A stretch of DNA of 64,000 nucleotides from the human T2T-CHM13v2.0 reference genome, Homo sapiens. Position numbers and translations under genes: made by a program. The notes beneath the pieces were generated by a model, which did not search any database, was not told the origin of the DNA, and saw only the letters and a program-made list of their open reading frames with translations. The stretch lies in the NCBI RefSeq assembly GCF_009914755.1, contig NC_060937.1; one strand, written 5' to 3'. Positions 27,468 to 42,253 of this stretch are shown in pieces (position 1 is the stretch's first letter; every line of letters begins with the position of its first letter).

Positions 27468-29057
27468 TATTCCATCTTATTCAAGGAAAAAAAGGAGACA
27501 TTATTTTCTCCAAACAAGATAAGTCCATTTCTCGTACCTTTTGTTTATTAAGGACCAGCTGAACCATCGGCTGAGACTTGATAGTAGAAGACATTTAATG
27601 AACGATACAAATCATCATGCATTTTGTAAGAGGAGTCTCTATGGAAACAAAAAGGAAAATGAGGATTAATGGTTGAAGCAAAATATAAATTTAGTTTTTG
27701 AGTCCAAAGGGCAGTTGGTTGAGAAGATTTCTGGGCATTGAGCTCTAAGTTCCTTTAGATGGTGACATGAGGACATCAGAGGCAATCTGATGAATTTCCC
27801 TGTTTGGAGTCTGAATGTTGTGGTGTTGGTGTACACTACTGTGTCACAGTGATGGCTGTGTTGCAGAGCAGAGTATGAAAGGTGGAGGGTTTCTGGGGGA
27901 TTGTTTGAGTGGCTCATGTAGTAGCAGCTCCAAGCACCAAGGTAACCTATGCATAATTTGTTGCACAGTATTTTGACATTTATATTAAGTTATCTGGCTT
28001 CAGTACACAGAACTTGGTCCCATTAAATTTGGCCTGGCTATTTATGTAAGTGCAGCATGAGAGTAATTGACCGCACAGGTGTTTTTCAAGTTTGTTTAGT
28101 GGAACTTTTTACAAGGAATCTCAGATTGGACCTTTAAAAGCCTCTAGAGAGTGAGAAGCTAAGCCAAAAATTTGTGTTCAGGCTTTGCCTACATTACATA
28201 TAGATTTCGATAAATTCCACTCTTTTCCAAGTTTACAAATGATCCTGTTTCATTGGCCTGTGAGGTAGTGACCTTTCTTACCTGTAAGGTTGGGAAATAT
28301 CAGGCTAGTTTTCTCAAAAGGGCTTTGTAAGCATTGGCTCTGTAAAGTCAACTTTAGGTCCTTAAAATGGTCTGATCATATCCGTTTTTATAAATCAGTT
28401 TCAAATGTAACATTCAAGTAAAAGTCTTGGTAGTGTAACCAATGTTTTAAATTATGCCCCAGATAAAGAAGAAAGATTCTTATTGGACATAGGCAAATAA
28501 TTATATTTCCATGAAAATAAGAATACTCAATATTTTCAGATTTCTGAAGGGATCAGGCAGGGAGAAAAAGATGAATGTTTGAAATTTGTTTATAAAATAT
28601 AATTTACTAGATTTTTATCAGTCAGAGAAAGCGTAAGAGAAAGGAAAAGGGGATTTCTTATGTCCAGAAAATAAATATTATGACTTGGCAATACTGTAAA
28701 CAAACACAAAAAGTATTTCAAAATAAAATAAAAAGTATATAATCATCCTTTACCAGTGTACTCTATTACATGTTGTTAAATATGTTCTCGAACTTGGGTT
28801 AGGAGTTCTAAAAACCCATTAAGTTTTTTATTAGAGGTTTAGAAATCCTGAATGAGTCCACCCATATGATGTCAAGTTTTTAAAGCAATTTCATTAAAAG
28901 GCTATACCCAAGGGTACCTGAAATACTATGGGTTTCTTAGAAAGTTTCTCTGTGTTCAATGTAAGTAATCTGGTCTTTAGCTTATTGCAAGAGCTTTTCA
29001 GAAAACATCAGAGCAAAACAGTTCTGGAAGTCTTCTGTGGATGACAAAAGTCTTAAA
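27468..29057 (-). mobile_element. ERV1 (MER4-group) internal fragment adjoining the LTR
   Basis: caaggaatctcagattggacctttaaaagcctct; gtagtgacctttcttac; gattcttattggacataggcaaataattatat; tggatgacaaaagtctt are MER4-group internal motifs. Confidence 0.6.
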
Positions 29058-31100
29058 ATGAACACAAGATATCTTTCCTCTTATTTGTGTCATCTTTCAT
29101 TTTTTTCATTGATGTTTTGTAGTTTCAGTATACACATGTTTCATCTCCTTGGTCAAATTTACTCTCAAGTATTTTTTTCCCTATTATAAATGAGATTACT
29201 TTTATAATATCTTTTTTGGATTATTGATGTTAGAGTAGGGAAAGTTTACTGATTTTTGTATGTTAATTTTGTATCCCACAATTTTACCAAATGTATCAGT
29301 TCTAAAAGTTTTTGATGGACTTTGTAGGGTTTTCTACTGAAAAGATCACGTCCTTAACAAAAGGAGACTATTAGACTTCTTATTTTCCTGTTTTGATGAC
29401 TTTATTATTTTTCTTGTGAAACTGCTATGGCTAGGATGTTCAATACTAAATTGAATAGCAGCGTTAAGAGTGGGCATCATTGTCCTGTTTTTGGTCTTAA
29501 AAGAAGAGCTCTCAATTTTTCACCATTGAGTATAATATTAGCTATTGGTTTTTAACAAATGGTCTTTATTGAATGAAGTGTGTTCGTTCTGTACCTATTT
29601 TGTTGTATTTTTATCATGAAAGGATGTTGAATCTGTCAATTCAATGCAAATCTCTATCATTCCAAAGACATTTTTCACTGAAATTGAAAAATATAATCCT
29701 AAAATTCCTATGGAGCCACAAAGACCCCATATAACCAAAGCTATCTTGAGCAAAAAGAAGAAAACTCAAGGCATCACACTAACTGATTTCAAAATATACT
29801 ACAAAGCTATATTAAACCAAATAGCATGGTAATGGCATATAAACAGATACATCGACTGATGTAGCAGGATAGAAAGCCCAGAAATAAATCCATACACTTG
29901 TGGTTAATTTATTTTCCACAAAAGTACAAAGAACACACAATGGAGAAAGGCCAGTCTCTTCAATAAATATGATGACTAGATAGCCACATGCAGAAGAATA
30001 AAATTGGATCCTTATCTCATATCATATATAAAAATTTAACTCAAGATGAATTGAAGACTTCAACATAATACCTGAAACAGTAAAACTACTAGGAAAAAAT
30101 ATAAAGGAAAAGCTCCATGACACAAGTCTAAATAATAATTTCTTGGACAAGACCCCCAAAACACAGAAAAACAAAAACCAAAATAGACAAACGGGATTTC
30201 ATCAAACAAAAAAGTTATGCACAACAGAAGAAACAATCAACAGAATAAAGAGACAACCTATAGATTGAGAGAAAAGATTTTTAAGTCATACATCTGAAAA
30301 GAGGTTAGTACATAAAATATATAGGAAACTCAAGGAATTTAATAACAAGGAAACAATCTGATTTAAAAAATAAGCAAAGGATCTGAACAGATACTCTTTT
30401 AAAAAGAAAACTACAAATGGCCTGTAGACATAAAAAAATTATCAAAATCACTAATTATCAGGGAATGCATATTAAAACCATAAGGAGATATCACCTCACA
30501 TCTACTAGGATGACTTATCAAAAACACAAAAGATATTGTTGGCAGGGATGTAGAGGAAAGGAGATCCTGCACACTCTTGGTGGGAATGTAAATTAGTCCA
30601 GACATTATGGAAAAACTTATGGAGGTTTCCCAAAAAATTTCAAATAGAATTAACATCAAATGAGCCCACTTTTGGGGATATATTCAAAATAATTGAAATT
30701 GGTATGTTGAAGAGATATCTGCACTCCCATGTTTACTTCTGCACTATTCTCAATAGCCAAGATATGGAATCAAACTCTCTTCATTACAGATGAATAGACA
30801 AAGGATTTTGGTATATATACAAAATGGAATACTATTAAGCCTTAAAAAAGAAGGAAATCTTGTCATTTGTGACAATGTCAATGAACCAGGAAGACAGGTT
30901 AAGTGAAATAAATCAGGCACAGAAAGTCAAATACTGCATGATATCACTTTATGTACAAATCTAAAAAAGTCAATCTCATAGGAACAGAGAGGATAATGGT
31001 AGATACCAGAGGCTAGGAAAGAAGAAGGAAATGTGCAAAAGGAAGATATTAGGAAAAAGGTACAAAGTTTCAATTAGGAGAAATTAGTTTCAGTGATCCA
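29058..31100 (+). mobile_element. L1MA-like with 5' inversion (minus 29058-29639, plus 29640-31100)
   Basis: Antisense ORF2 runs to ...ggatgttgaatctgtcaa. Sense ORF2 starts at ttcaatgcaaatctctatc and continues through the 3'UTR (gaggataatggtagataccagaggct). Confidence 0.88.
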
Positions 31101-31335
31101 TCATATAAAGATATACCAAAATATATATTTATCTATATCAAAATGTATAGGTATCCTATAAAATGTATAGGATAAAGGTATATTATATCTTTATTTTGGT
31201 GAAGAATCAACAACAAATTTTCAGGCCTTCCTGGAGATAAGCATAGTGCTAAACTATTACAGTGATAAGACAACCCCATCTTAGACAGGAATTAAGAGAA
31301 GTTTGATAGAAATCAATGAAACGTGCAATTGGTTT

Positions 31336-31706
31336 TGCATTAGTCTGTTTTCACACTGATTTAAAGAGCTACTTGAGACTGGGTAATTTATTAAGTAAAG
31401 AGGTTTAATTGACTCACAATTCCACATGGCTAGGGAGGCCTCAAGAAACTTACGATCATGGCGGAAGGGGAAGCTAACACATCTTTCTTCACAGGGCAGC
31501 AGGAGAGAGGTGTGTGAAAGAAGCAAAGGGGGAAGAGCCCCCTATAAAACCATCAGATCTTGTGATAACTCACTCACTGTTATGAGAACAGCATGGGGGA
31601 AACTGCCCCCATGTTCCAATCACCTCCCACCAGGTCTCTTCCAAAACACCTAGGGATTACAATTCAAGATGACTTTAGGGTGGGGACACAAAGCCTAACC
31701 ACATCA
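31336..31706 (-). mobile_element. THE1D-like MaLR solo LTR
   Basis: tgcattagtctgttttcacactg...gagactgggtaatttat...gggtggggacacaaagcctaaccacatca. Candidate 5-bp TSD ggttt/gcttt. Confidence 0.92.
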
Positions 31707-32004
31707 GCTTTTATTATCAAAATCATAAATTTAAAATCAAGAAGCCATAAATATTTTTTTTCCATTTTTCTTGCCTTTTAAATATAGACACATTTTCTTA
31801 AACTTTAAAGGGGCAATTCCCTAAATTTAAGAGGTGGATGCTGCAAGTTTGAAGACAAATAAAAAAGTTAAGTGGTTTGCCGAATTTTTGTTATTATCAG
31901 ACCTAATCCACAACCCCAACTCCCAATTCCTTATGTTGTGAAAAACACCTATTTTTATTTTTTCCTCAATTCAGATCAGCACAATGGAGGAAAGAAAATA
32001 ATCC

Positions 32005-32182
32005 GTGTGTGTGTCTTACCTGTATATGTATGTGTGTATATATGTGTGTGTGTATGAGTGTATATAGTAGTGTGGAGTTACACACATACCTGATAGATAC
32101 ATGCATATCATATCATATATTAGTGTGTGTATATTATGTATATATTATATATATAGATATATATGTATGTATGTATATATAT
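32005..32182. repeat. Degenerate (TG)n/(TA)n simple repeat
   Basis: Alternating tgtgtg/tatatg tract. Confidence 0.8.
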
Positions 32183-32224
32183 GCTGTCCTACTGCTGTGC
32201 AAGTTGAAAAAAAGTTGTAAGTTC

Positions 32225-32502
32225 TGGCAGGGTATGGTTGCTCACGCATGTAATCTCAGAACTTTGAGAGGCCGACATGGGTAGATCACAAGGTCAGGAG
32301 TTCAAGACCAGCCTGGCCAAGATAGTGAAACCCGTCTCTACTAAACATACAAAAATTAGCCGGGTGTGGTAGCAGATACCTGTAATCCCAGCTACTTGGG
32401 AGGCTGAGGCAGAGAACTGCTTGAACCCAGGAGGCAGAGTTTTCAGTGAGCCAAGATCTTGCTACTGCACTCCAGCCTGGGCAACAGAGCGAGACGCCAT
32501 CT

Positions 32503-32536
<34 letters not shown>
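32225..32536 (+). mobile_element. AluS (Sg-like)
   Basis: gatcacaaggtcaggagttcaagaccagcctggccaagat..., ending in a long poly-A. Confidence 0.95.
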
Positions 32537-32537
<1 letters not shown>

Positions 32538-34118
32538 AGTTCCAAAGATTTTCTGTTTGTTTTTGTTGTTGTGTTTGTTTTGTTTTTTTGTTGTTGTTGT
32601 TTTGCTTTGAATGCTAATTGCTCCTATCCTTGACCCATACGTAAACTTACTGTAATCCTATTGCAAAGACTTTTTCATTTATCTTTAAAACAAACCTATT
32701 TATGTTGCTGAACACAGTAAAGAATTTTTTCTCTTTGCCACATATTTTTAGCTCACTATCTTCCCCCAGTGAGGTTTCAAAACCGTTCTCTCCTCTAGTT
32801 TCTGACCTCACTGTTTACCCCTTCATTAGGGGCAAATAGGTCCACTCAACACATTCATGAAAGGAGGGGAACAATGAACTTTATATTTTACTACTTAGCC
32901 TAAAAATGTATCTCTTCTTCATTACCTTTGAACAATTTTCACGGATTTACTTCTACTGTCTCATATTACAGGGAGATAAAATTTTGATCTACAATAATCA
33001 AAGCATGTTTTCTCAATATAAGTCCTCATTTCTTTACGTATGTAGTTGCTTATATGTAATTTAATTAATCGATAAGAAACTGAAAATAGTGCTCTTCAGT
33101 GTTAGAATAAAATACATGATCTTTTAACTAATATCTTGCTATTTATATTACTATTTTGTTTTTCCTTTTCAATTGACTTGTATTTATTTTGGTTCTAAAA
33201 AACAAACAAATTTAAATCTATTTTGTTATAACGTAAATACTAAGTTTAAAATTCATAAACAATCATGCACTGCTATACATTTCTTGAAAATATTCTTTAA
33301 AATAGGTTTATAGATATATTAATTTGTACATAGTAACTTATTTGCAGAAATAGAGACATTGTTGTGTTGGTAGGGGTAGAAAAAGTCAATACTTCTAGAA
33401 AAAATGAAGGCCTTACAACCTTGCTTTCAAAAGTAACAGTATAGAGGCTAATTTTGTCATACATATTTATCAATTTTATGCATAAAAATAAAATATTTCA
33501 TAACACAATCAGAAAGTGACATTGTGTGCATAAATTTATATGCTATAGTTCATCTATAAATTGTGATTCAGCTTGAGCATTACAGAAAAACAAATTTCTA
33601 ATTACATATCTTTGCATATTATTACTACAAACTTCCACCCTAGTTAGAATATTACTTTGAACTCCTGAGATGCTTTATAATATGCTGGAATCATATACAT
33701 ATTTATATTTGTAAGAAAATGTGTATATGTGTATATACATAGGCACTCATATGCATACATAATCATTTCTTTTCTTACTATAAAATATATTTATCACAAA
33801 ATTAGAAAAAATGTACAAAAAAGTTTACAAATTTAGACAAAAATCATCCACAGCTCTACCACAGTTTGAAGTTTGTCTGTAGTTTTGTGGGGTGTGAGAG
33901 TGGGTACATGTAAGCATGATTATGACATTATATCTCCAACGCAAAATATAGTATGGAGTTATATCATGGTTATCTCCCCAGATATTAAATATTTTAAATG
34001 ACATCGCATAAATGCCTTCCCCATGTCACAACCTATGAAGTTCCATAATGTGTCTGGTTCATCAGTAATATGTCCCTATAATTTGTAAGAGTTTTTGTTT
34101 CACAGAAGTCGCACAATA

Positions 34119-34515
34119 ATGTTGACCCTCGAACAACACAGCTTTAAACTGCACAGATCCATATATACATAGATTTTCTCTTGCTTCTCTCACTGCTGAG
34201 ACACCAAAAACATCTCTTCCTCAGCCTACTTAACATGAAGACAATAAGGATGAAGACATTTATGATGCTCCACTTCCACTTAATGAATAGTAAATATATT
34301 TTATCTTCCTTAGGATGTTCTTAATAACATTTTTTTCTCTAGCTTTCTTGATTTTTAGAATACGGTATATAATCTATATAACATACAAAATATGTGTCAA
34401 TCAACTTTGTTACTGATAAGGTTCCTGGTCAAGAGTAGGCTCTTAGTATACACAGAATTTTGACTATGTATGGGATTTGACTTCTGTAAGCCCCACATTT
34501 TTGAAGGGTCAACTG
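34119..34515. mobile_element. Tigger2a (MER28)-like Tc1/mariner element
   Basis: TIRs gttgaccctcgaacaac / ttgaagggtcaactg flanked by TA. Internal cagcctacttaacatgaagac...ccacttccacttaatgaatagtaaat. Confidence 0.88.
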
Positions 34516-34885
34516 TATTTGAATAACAGAATAGTAACACTACAGAAATTTCAAGTATTTTATATCTAGGTATTTCAAATTTTTTCATGATATGAGCCTC
34601 TTTATGTACACAGAGCATATGCAAAACAAAAAGTACTAAAAAGTTATGAATGATATTTCTTATTTCTCATTAATTCTTCATCCCATCGCTGCTGAAACAA
34701 CCTTCATAATGTCAATAAATTTTCTTATTGTCAAATCTGGAAGGGACATTTAATGCTTTTTTTTAACAAAAATATTCTTTATCACATAATATCATTAATA
34801 ATCCCAACCATTATTTTAACATCTCCTCGTTTGCTTACAACAACAGCTACACCTGATGCTTTAATGCCATTGTTTTGCACTTTTA

Positions 34886-35030
34886 AATATATGTGTGTGG
34901 ATATATACACATACATATATATGTATATGTACATATATCTATAAATGTATGTTTATGTATACATATATTTACATATATTTATAAATAAATCATATTTATT
35001 ATAAATACACACATACATATATATAGATAT
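34886..35030. repeat. (TA)/(TATG)-rich simple repeat
   Basis: Low-complexity atatatac/atgtat tract. Confidence 0.75.
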
Positions 35031-35034
35031 CATT

Positions 35035-35340
35035 TCCTCTTTTGCCCCACATCTGGGAAAGCCCATAAGAAAGCCTATATGCTTTTTCCTCTGGTGCTGT
35101 CAGGAATTTCAAATCAAGCAGGTCCTGGCTTCAGATCTCACCCGCTAATCATAATATTCAGAATCATTAGCCACTCACAGGCTGGCTTAAATGCCTCTCC
35201 AGCTCTCCCCAGAAAGCCTCAATATGTGAGTAATAAATCTCTTCATACCCTATTAATGTGTTTTTGGCATCACTGGTCTCCATAGTTAAACTCATTTAAG
35301 TGTATGGCTGAGTGGGGTCCATCTCATCATGACTGATAAT
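35035..35340 (+). mobile_element. MER74/MER73-like LTR fragment
   Basis: gccccacatctgggaaagcccataagaaagcc...ggaatttcaaa...gtaataaatctcttcataccc. Confidence 0.55.
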
Positions 35341-37599
35341 CAGAAAACATGTGCATATATTAAGTCAAACTATTCTGAGCAGTTCTAGAGAATTTGCTTT
35401 GAGGACAATGTAGTCCCTTTTCTTTTTACTGTCCCCCCCCCCCGAAGAAAAGTACGACAAAACTTCTGTTGATTTATCTGATACTTTCTTTCACACATCT
35501 GCGTAACATGCTCACATTTACATATTTTGATTTTTTAGTTTTGGACACTAGTAACACTTGACGAGAGATAAGAATATTTTTGTCTTCATTTTCTTTCTTG
35601 TCTTTCCAAAAACATTCACCTCTACCATTTTCTCATCATCCAAAGAGTTATATTTCATGTCTTCTTCAAATTCCTATGAACCTTCCTATAAATATTCATT
35701 TGTACATTATAGTTTCCATTATTATGACAACATAAATGTTTTTTAGAATTGAACTATGTAGTAAACAATGATTGCTTTTATTTTCCATGCAAACTTTTAT
35801 TTTACCTAATTTATTGTATTATTGCCCTTTTTATTTGCCTACTTTATATGTACTTTTCACTAATACAGGCATAACTTAACTGCCAACTATCTAATACTAT
35901 TTCAAAATATTCTTGTGTGCATCAATTATTCAATAATTGAATCATCTTCAGGAAATACTTTCAATTACAATCCAAATTGCTCTAAGTAGGAGCAGTTGTC
36001 ATACATATCCTTTGCACAATTGTAACTCTGAGATTTCCTTTTACTCTTGTTCTGAACATCTCCTTAATGTTGATTCTATATTTAACCTCTGATATATATT
36101 TTTTAAAAATGAATACTACTTAGCAATAAAGAACAACTAAAACAATTACTGACAAAGACATCAATATGGAAGAATATCAAAAATACCTACTTTGACAGAG
36201 AAAAGCAAAGGAAGGAGCATTTCTACAAAACCCTTCAGAGGTGAATTTAGCAAACTTGATTATCAAATATAAACTAGATATGAAACTTAAAGAAAAAAAT
36301 CAGGAATTGAAGATAATCCAGTATCTTTTAGGACAATCTATAATGTTCTGTGCTGCTGTTTTCTAGGAAGCAAAGCATCATTTGTAGAATTGGCACTTAG
36401 TATTCCCTTAGTTATTATTTACCATTTGGGCATTATTTACTATTTTAGTTTTCAGGTCCATGGCATATCAAGAAATGAATATCTAAGTCATATTAACATT
36501 TCACTGCTGCTTGTCTTCCTAGAAATTTTCAGATACAGGTTTGTGTCCTCATTATGATGTATGTAAAATCATTTTTAATTAGCAGAAAATAAGACTGAAA
36601 ATCCTTAAGACTAAACATTTTGTCCAAGATGAAATAACTATGACTTATAGCATTTTCCATAAACACAGAGAACTTAACTTACTTTTTCCAAAAGAGTCTC
36701 TCACTTGATAGAGGTAGGGTATTTTATTTTTATCTTCTTATTTTATTTTATAAAGAAAGCCTGTTGGAGATTTTCACAATCAGGCAGCTACATTTTTTGC
36801 ATAAACTAAAAATATGAACAAATAACTAGAGTTTTAAAGTAGAGAAATACTTTATGTAAAATATTTAGTTTGTTATTTCAGAGTTTTAATTTTTACATGA
36901 ACTATGATAAGTTGCAAAGTCATGGGGAAAGAAAGAGAAAGTAGTGATTTGAGAGTTATTTTGGAGAGAAAATGGACCAATTTAATGATGAATTAACTAA
37001 GAATAGATAGAGAGAGGTAGCATGGATTATTCATGAATAACTTATAAACTATAATAGATAATAAAGCTATTTATTAAGGTATAATTCAGCCCAAAAGACC
37101 AAATTTGTAGGAAGCTATGAGTTAGGTTTTGATTAAGTTAATGTTATTGTTAATGAAAATTCAAAAATTTATTTGGAGGAGTAATCAGGAGATTAACATC
37201 TATCTGTAAAATGTATAATTTATCTGCCTTAAGATGGTTATTAAATCTGAGAGTGCATAAGAACTTTCTAAGCACTGTCAAAGTAAAATAACGATGGAAA
37301 TGTCCATTGATTTTAGTGACGTGGAAGTTCTCAGTAGTCTAAGTCAGAGATGTTTCAGAATTTTAATGAGCCAGAAACAAAACTGGAAAAGTTTCAAAAG
37401 TAAAGTATTGAAAAGATAAGTTTGGGTTTTAAAGATATAGCTAGAAAGGGTGAAATATGCCAGCAGCCAGAGCCAGTATATCACCTGGTAAGTAATGATT
37501 TTTTGTTATTATTTTAGGATCATTTTACTATTTTCGCATTAGAGTTTTTCCTGATTTCTATACCTATAATAATAATTTGCGAAATAGAATTTTCACCAA

Positions 37600-37797
37600 T
37601 TTTCCTTATTTGAGTAATTCTTCAGTCACCAACCACCACCCTGCTCATTGGCTCTAAATTCCCACTTGTGCATGCTGAATTTGGAACTGACTCCAGTTCT
37701 GGGGTCTCTTGGGTCTCTTTTCCTCTCTTGCTATAGTCGAGAATAAAATACGTTTTTACTGCTTTAACTATTGTCCAGCTCTGGTTTTAGTGTGTCA
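37600..37797 (+). mobile_element. MER31-like LTR 3' fragment
   Basis: caccctgctcattggctctaaattcccacttg...gaataaaa...actgctttaactattgtccagctctggtt. Confidence 0.55.
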
Positions 37798-40700
37798 CTG
37801 AAGCAAGGATCACTTAGCAAGGGTCAAATAACTGACTTGTATCTTCTTTTATTTATACTCTTTCTTCTGTAATGAAATTTAGCATTTCTTCAGCCAGGAG
37901 AATATGTGGATTCTTCTATTTTTCTCTCAAACTTAGTTTTTCAGAGTAACACACAAACATTATTACAATTGTAATTTCCCTTTGATTTTGTATGTTGTAA
38001 AAGACAATGTTCGCCTTCTTTGGAATTAAGTTCTTGGTAGGGATTGTGATCTATTTAGTTAGAGGGGAAAAATGAGCAATGTGTCTTCCTAAACATTAAT
38101 TTAACAATCTACCTTTTATCTTTGGATAAGAAATTGGGAGAACTTTCAAAGGGAAACATTCTCAAGTTGATTTAAATAGCTGTGACATACCAGTCTACTG
38201 CTCATTTTTCTTCCCAAATAGCTCAGTTTATGACTCAGCACCTCAAAATAATCTGCTTAATTAAATCAATGTTCACATACTGTATATATCTAAAGTGCAT
38301 ATGGAAAGAAGTAGAAGCAATATGCTTCAAATGAAGTATTTAAATAAAGCTTTATGCTAAAACTGACATGTTAGGTCTTTAAATACATCTTTCTTACTTT
38401 GCTTTTAATTTTTTAAAAGCCTCAGTTAACCCTAAGATTAGCATGTTTTATTGTTAGAGGAATACTTCTGCATTATTTTTGTAATTATTTTGCAGTTTAT
38501 CCTACTTGAGGTATACACTATCACAGGAAGTACAGATTCTTCTGTCTATTTTATAAATCAAAGTTAAATGATGCAGATCCTGATTTTTTAAATATGATTA
38601 GAGAAGTTTAATTTGACTTTGTGATACCTCCATATGGTCAGTTTAATCAGCTATGTTGTTCTCAGACATGCTAGATAACTATTTCCTAAGTTAGACGGTC
38701 ATATTTTGTTACTTGATTATTAAATTAATAAGATACATAGAGGACTTGAACATATGGTCCCATCAAGAAGATGGAATACAATCCTCAAAAAAAGAAGGAA
38801 AATAGGAATAAATGCATATGGGATGAAACAAAAAATCCATGTCTCTCAAAATTATTTACTTAAAATATTTAATTAAATATTAAATCATTCTGATGTAGAT
38901 TGCTGTTATGTAAATGTCTCACCTCTTTCCCCCATATTGAAAACTCCAAATGTTAGAGATATATTCAACTCTTTGAAAATGCGAATTTTAACTACTAGGA
39001 ATGTTTAACTATTTGGTGAGTGTTTGTTATGTACTTACTAAATCAAATTTAACTTTCTGAAACTGTGTCTTTGACATAATTTGGGAATATTATTAGTGTA
39101 CAAAGTACTCTAATGCATTTAATTTTTAAGAAACTATTTCAATTGTAAAATTAAAAAGTTGGAGTAAAAGTTGTGAACATATGATTTTAAAAGTAAAAAG
39201 AGTTTATTTTAGAAACATGAGCAAGTTCCAGGTGATACAATGTTGTAGCTTAATAAAAATAATGCGTTTTATGATATTTCTTACCTCAAAAGTTTTTATA
39301 TGCTACATGAACTTTGTTGTATTTTAAAGAGGAGGGATTAGATAATCAAATAAAATATAAGGATAATCAAAAGTTCATTCTGACATATTCAACCAAGAGA
39401 TGGACATTGAGAAACTTTGTTTAGTTTGGCTAATAGAGATTTATTTAATCATTAACTTAAAAAAATGTTTTTTCTTTGGATTATAATAACTTCATGTAAT
39501 TGCTGCTGTGAAACCCAATAAGATAACTTTTTTTTATATTGTGCCTACCTGTTGCAGGATAAACAATGCACAATAGCTCTTACCAGCATTATGATTAATA
39601 AATTATTTTTTCCAGTCTCATCTCCTGTTGTTTTTTAAATGTCAGGAAGCAAAAGTAGCTAAGTGCAGTTCAACAATCACGTGTCCTTCACTTTGTTTAC
39701 ATTGTTTGCTTTCTCTGGAATATAATTCTCTCTACCTCTCCAGACACTTCATTTCTGACTTTTGGAAATACTACATCTTACACAAAACTTAATATTAGTA
39801 TAACAAGATTTTTAAAATGTGGATTTTGGTTGAATATATTTGTTCTAAAATCACACAAGTAAGAAATTTAAATATTATCTCTGACATCCACTACCTATTA
39901 GCTTGGGTGAGTGCCTTAAACTTTTTAGCCCTTTGCAACCTCATTCACAAAATGGTCTAATAAAATCAACTTTAAAGATTTATTTTATGGGCTCCAGACT
40001 CCACTACCCATTTGTTTTCTCAGTGTCTCCATTTGTCCCATAGTTGCCCCAGAACTACTAAAATTAAATAATTCCACTGATATACATACCACGTTTCTTT
40101 GTGTTTTTTTATTAACTCTTTCACATAAAATGTTAATATAAGTAAAAATATTAAAGTAATGGCATAGTTTATATAAGAAAACACATAAATATAATTTAGA
40201 TTTGCCATAATAGTTAATAAATTTTAGTATAGCTATTGAACAGCATATTATTATGGGTTTTAAGCTAAGTTTATGTTGCACATTTCTGTATTTAATGTGT
40301 GTAAATGCATTCATGAAATGCATTTTTTTCAAAATTAAGTTTCAAAATAATACGTCTATTTATTTATTTTGCCATTTCAAATGTGTCTATGTAAAACTCT
40401 TAAATCAAGGTAATCTTCTTTGTTTGTTTTTCCAAAGAGAAGATCCAAACCATAACAAACAAGCAAGAAAGAAAACAAGCAAGCAGAAGTCAGAAACTCA
40501 AAAAGCCAAAAGGATTCTACTTGCACACCAGCTAATCAAAATGAACAGTTTAAGACTGTGTGTGCCAAAATGATGCATATGGGTGATCACTTGCTGTATT
40601 ACAGGTGCAGTTATCAAATGTTTATATAAAATAGTAAGTCTAATTCAGTTTACACATTATTATTTAGTTAATGTAATAATAATGTTTTAAAGAAATGTAC

Positions 40701-41307
40701 ACAATATATAACATTTTCTATTTCATTTTTTATTGAAAAAAATGCATTCAAACTTAATACCTTCTTAAGGCTATGGATCATAATAAACAGTGATATTTTG
40801 GAGTCATATAATACAGCTATCCTGCAATTCACCTTCACTTTTGCTCAGTTTACTTGAGATATAGGAGTTTTTAAAAAAGTACGTAATATTTTAATGAACA
40901 TTTTAGTTGAAGCCATATATAATGCTTTACTTAACATTAAAATAGTTATGTTCTTTTCCTCCTATAGCTATACATTGCCAATATTGACAAAGTATCTGTT
41001 TAGCAAATTGCTTTCTAAGCTAATTATGAAAGACTTGTTTATGAGCTGTCCAACAAAGGCCATTATGCCAAACAATATTATTTATGTCAAATAATACTAT
41101 ACAAGCCAAAAAATATTTCTTAGTAAAAAAATTGAGAGACCATTTAATAAAATAAAATATCATGAAGGAATACAAATATTAAATGGTTCTCTCTTTTCTG
41201 TATTAACATTTTAGAGAAAAAGCTTTCTTACTGCCAGCCATCCATAGAATATGTAGGTATAATATTCAGAAAGGGACATACATATAAAAGAAGCTAGATT
41301 AAAATAG

Positions 41308-41535
41308 GCAGTATATCATAGTGAGAAAAGAGTGGGATTTTAGAATCAAATTAACTGGATTCAAAATCTACTCCAATTGTGTGGCCTAGGAAAGTTATTT
41401 AAGCTTTATGTGCTTCTTTGTCCTTTTATGTAAAATGAATATAATAAATTTTTCTGTGCTGTAGAATGACTGTGAGGACGGTATGACCTAAATTAACACA
41501 TTTAAAGCACATGGAAAAGAACAAATAAGTATGCA
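41308..41535 (+). mobile_element. MIR
   Basis: ggcagtatatcatagtg...tagaatca...ggattcaaa...tgtgtggcctaggaaagttatttaa...tgtaaaatg...tgtgaggac. Confidence 0.7.
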
Positions 41536-42253
41536 ATCCACATTTTCCTGTGATTGTGCTATTCTGGTTCTGATTCTCCTTTGAACTTCTTTAATGAAGT
41601 TCAAAAGGAGAACATTGACTTTTTAAAGAAAGCACATTATTTTAGAAGAGATTGAAAAACTTCTAATGGCTCAAAGACAATATAGGAGTAAAGAGATGCT
41701 AGATGTTTGGAAAGGGACCTAGAACAGAGGTTTGTGTTAACCTGATGCTTTAATATGTACTTATTGTCTAAATGGTAAATGTTTCCACTTGAATATTATT
41801 TCACAGACTTTCACAATATACATAAACATATGTATATACAATGTATTTGTATTTCAAAATTTTAGAGTTGATTTTCAAAAGATGGATATTATAGTTAGAG
41901 AAAGAATTCTATCTATGTAATAGTATATTGAGTCGGTTACTTACTCTTATTCTAATTATAACAAAGGCTCGAAAATGGCAGAAGGAGATAACATGTTTTA
42001 TGCATTCCAAAGAAGCCTGCCAGTAAGCCACCAAAAATTAAAGTTGCATACGTTCTTCAAGAGTAAAACAGGAAGAAAATAGAACCTGCATTATGCTCCT
42101 CAAACCACCTATTCCACTGCTACCATAATCACGAGGTGTTTAGGTAAGACTAAGATTGGCAAAGGTACAGAAGTTATTGTGTGTGATCTTGCAGTAAACT
42201 CAGTGTTTGTGGTCTCTTGAGACTTAATTATTTCTTCTTGGCAGAATGAAAGG

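Noticed and set aside
39985-41094. Cluster of 60-115-aa ORFs in unique AT-rich DNA
   Set aside because: The F/L/I/K/Y-rich composition is typical of random AT-rich frames, and the ORFs overlap on both strands.
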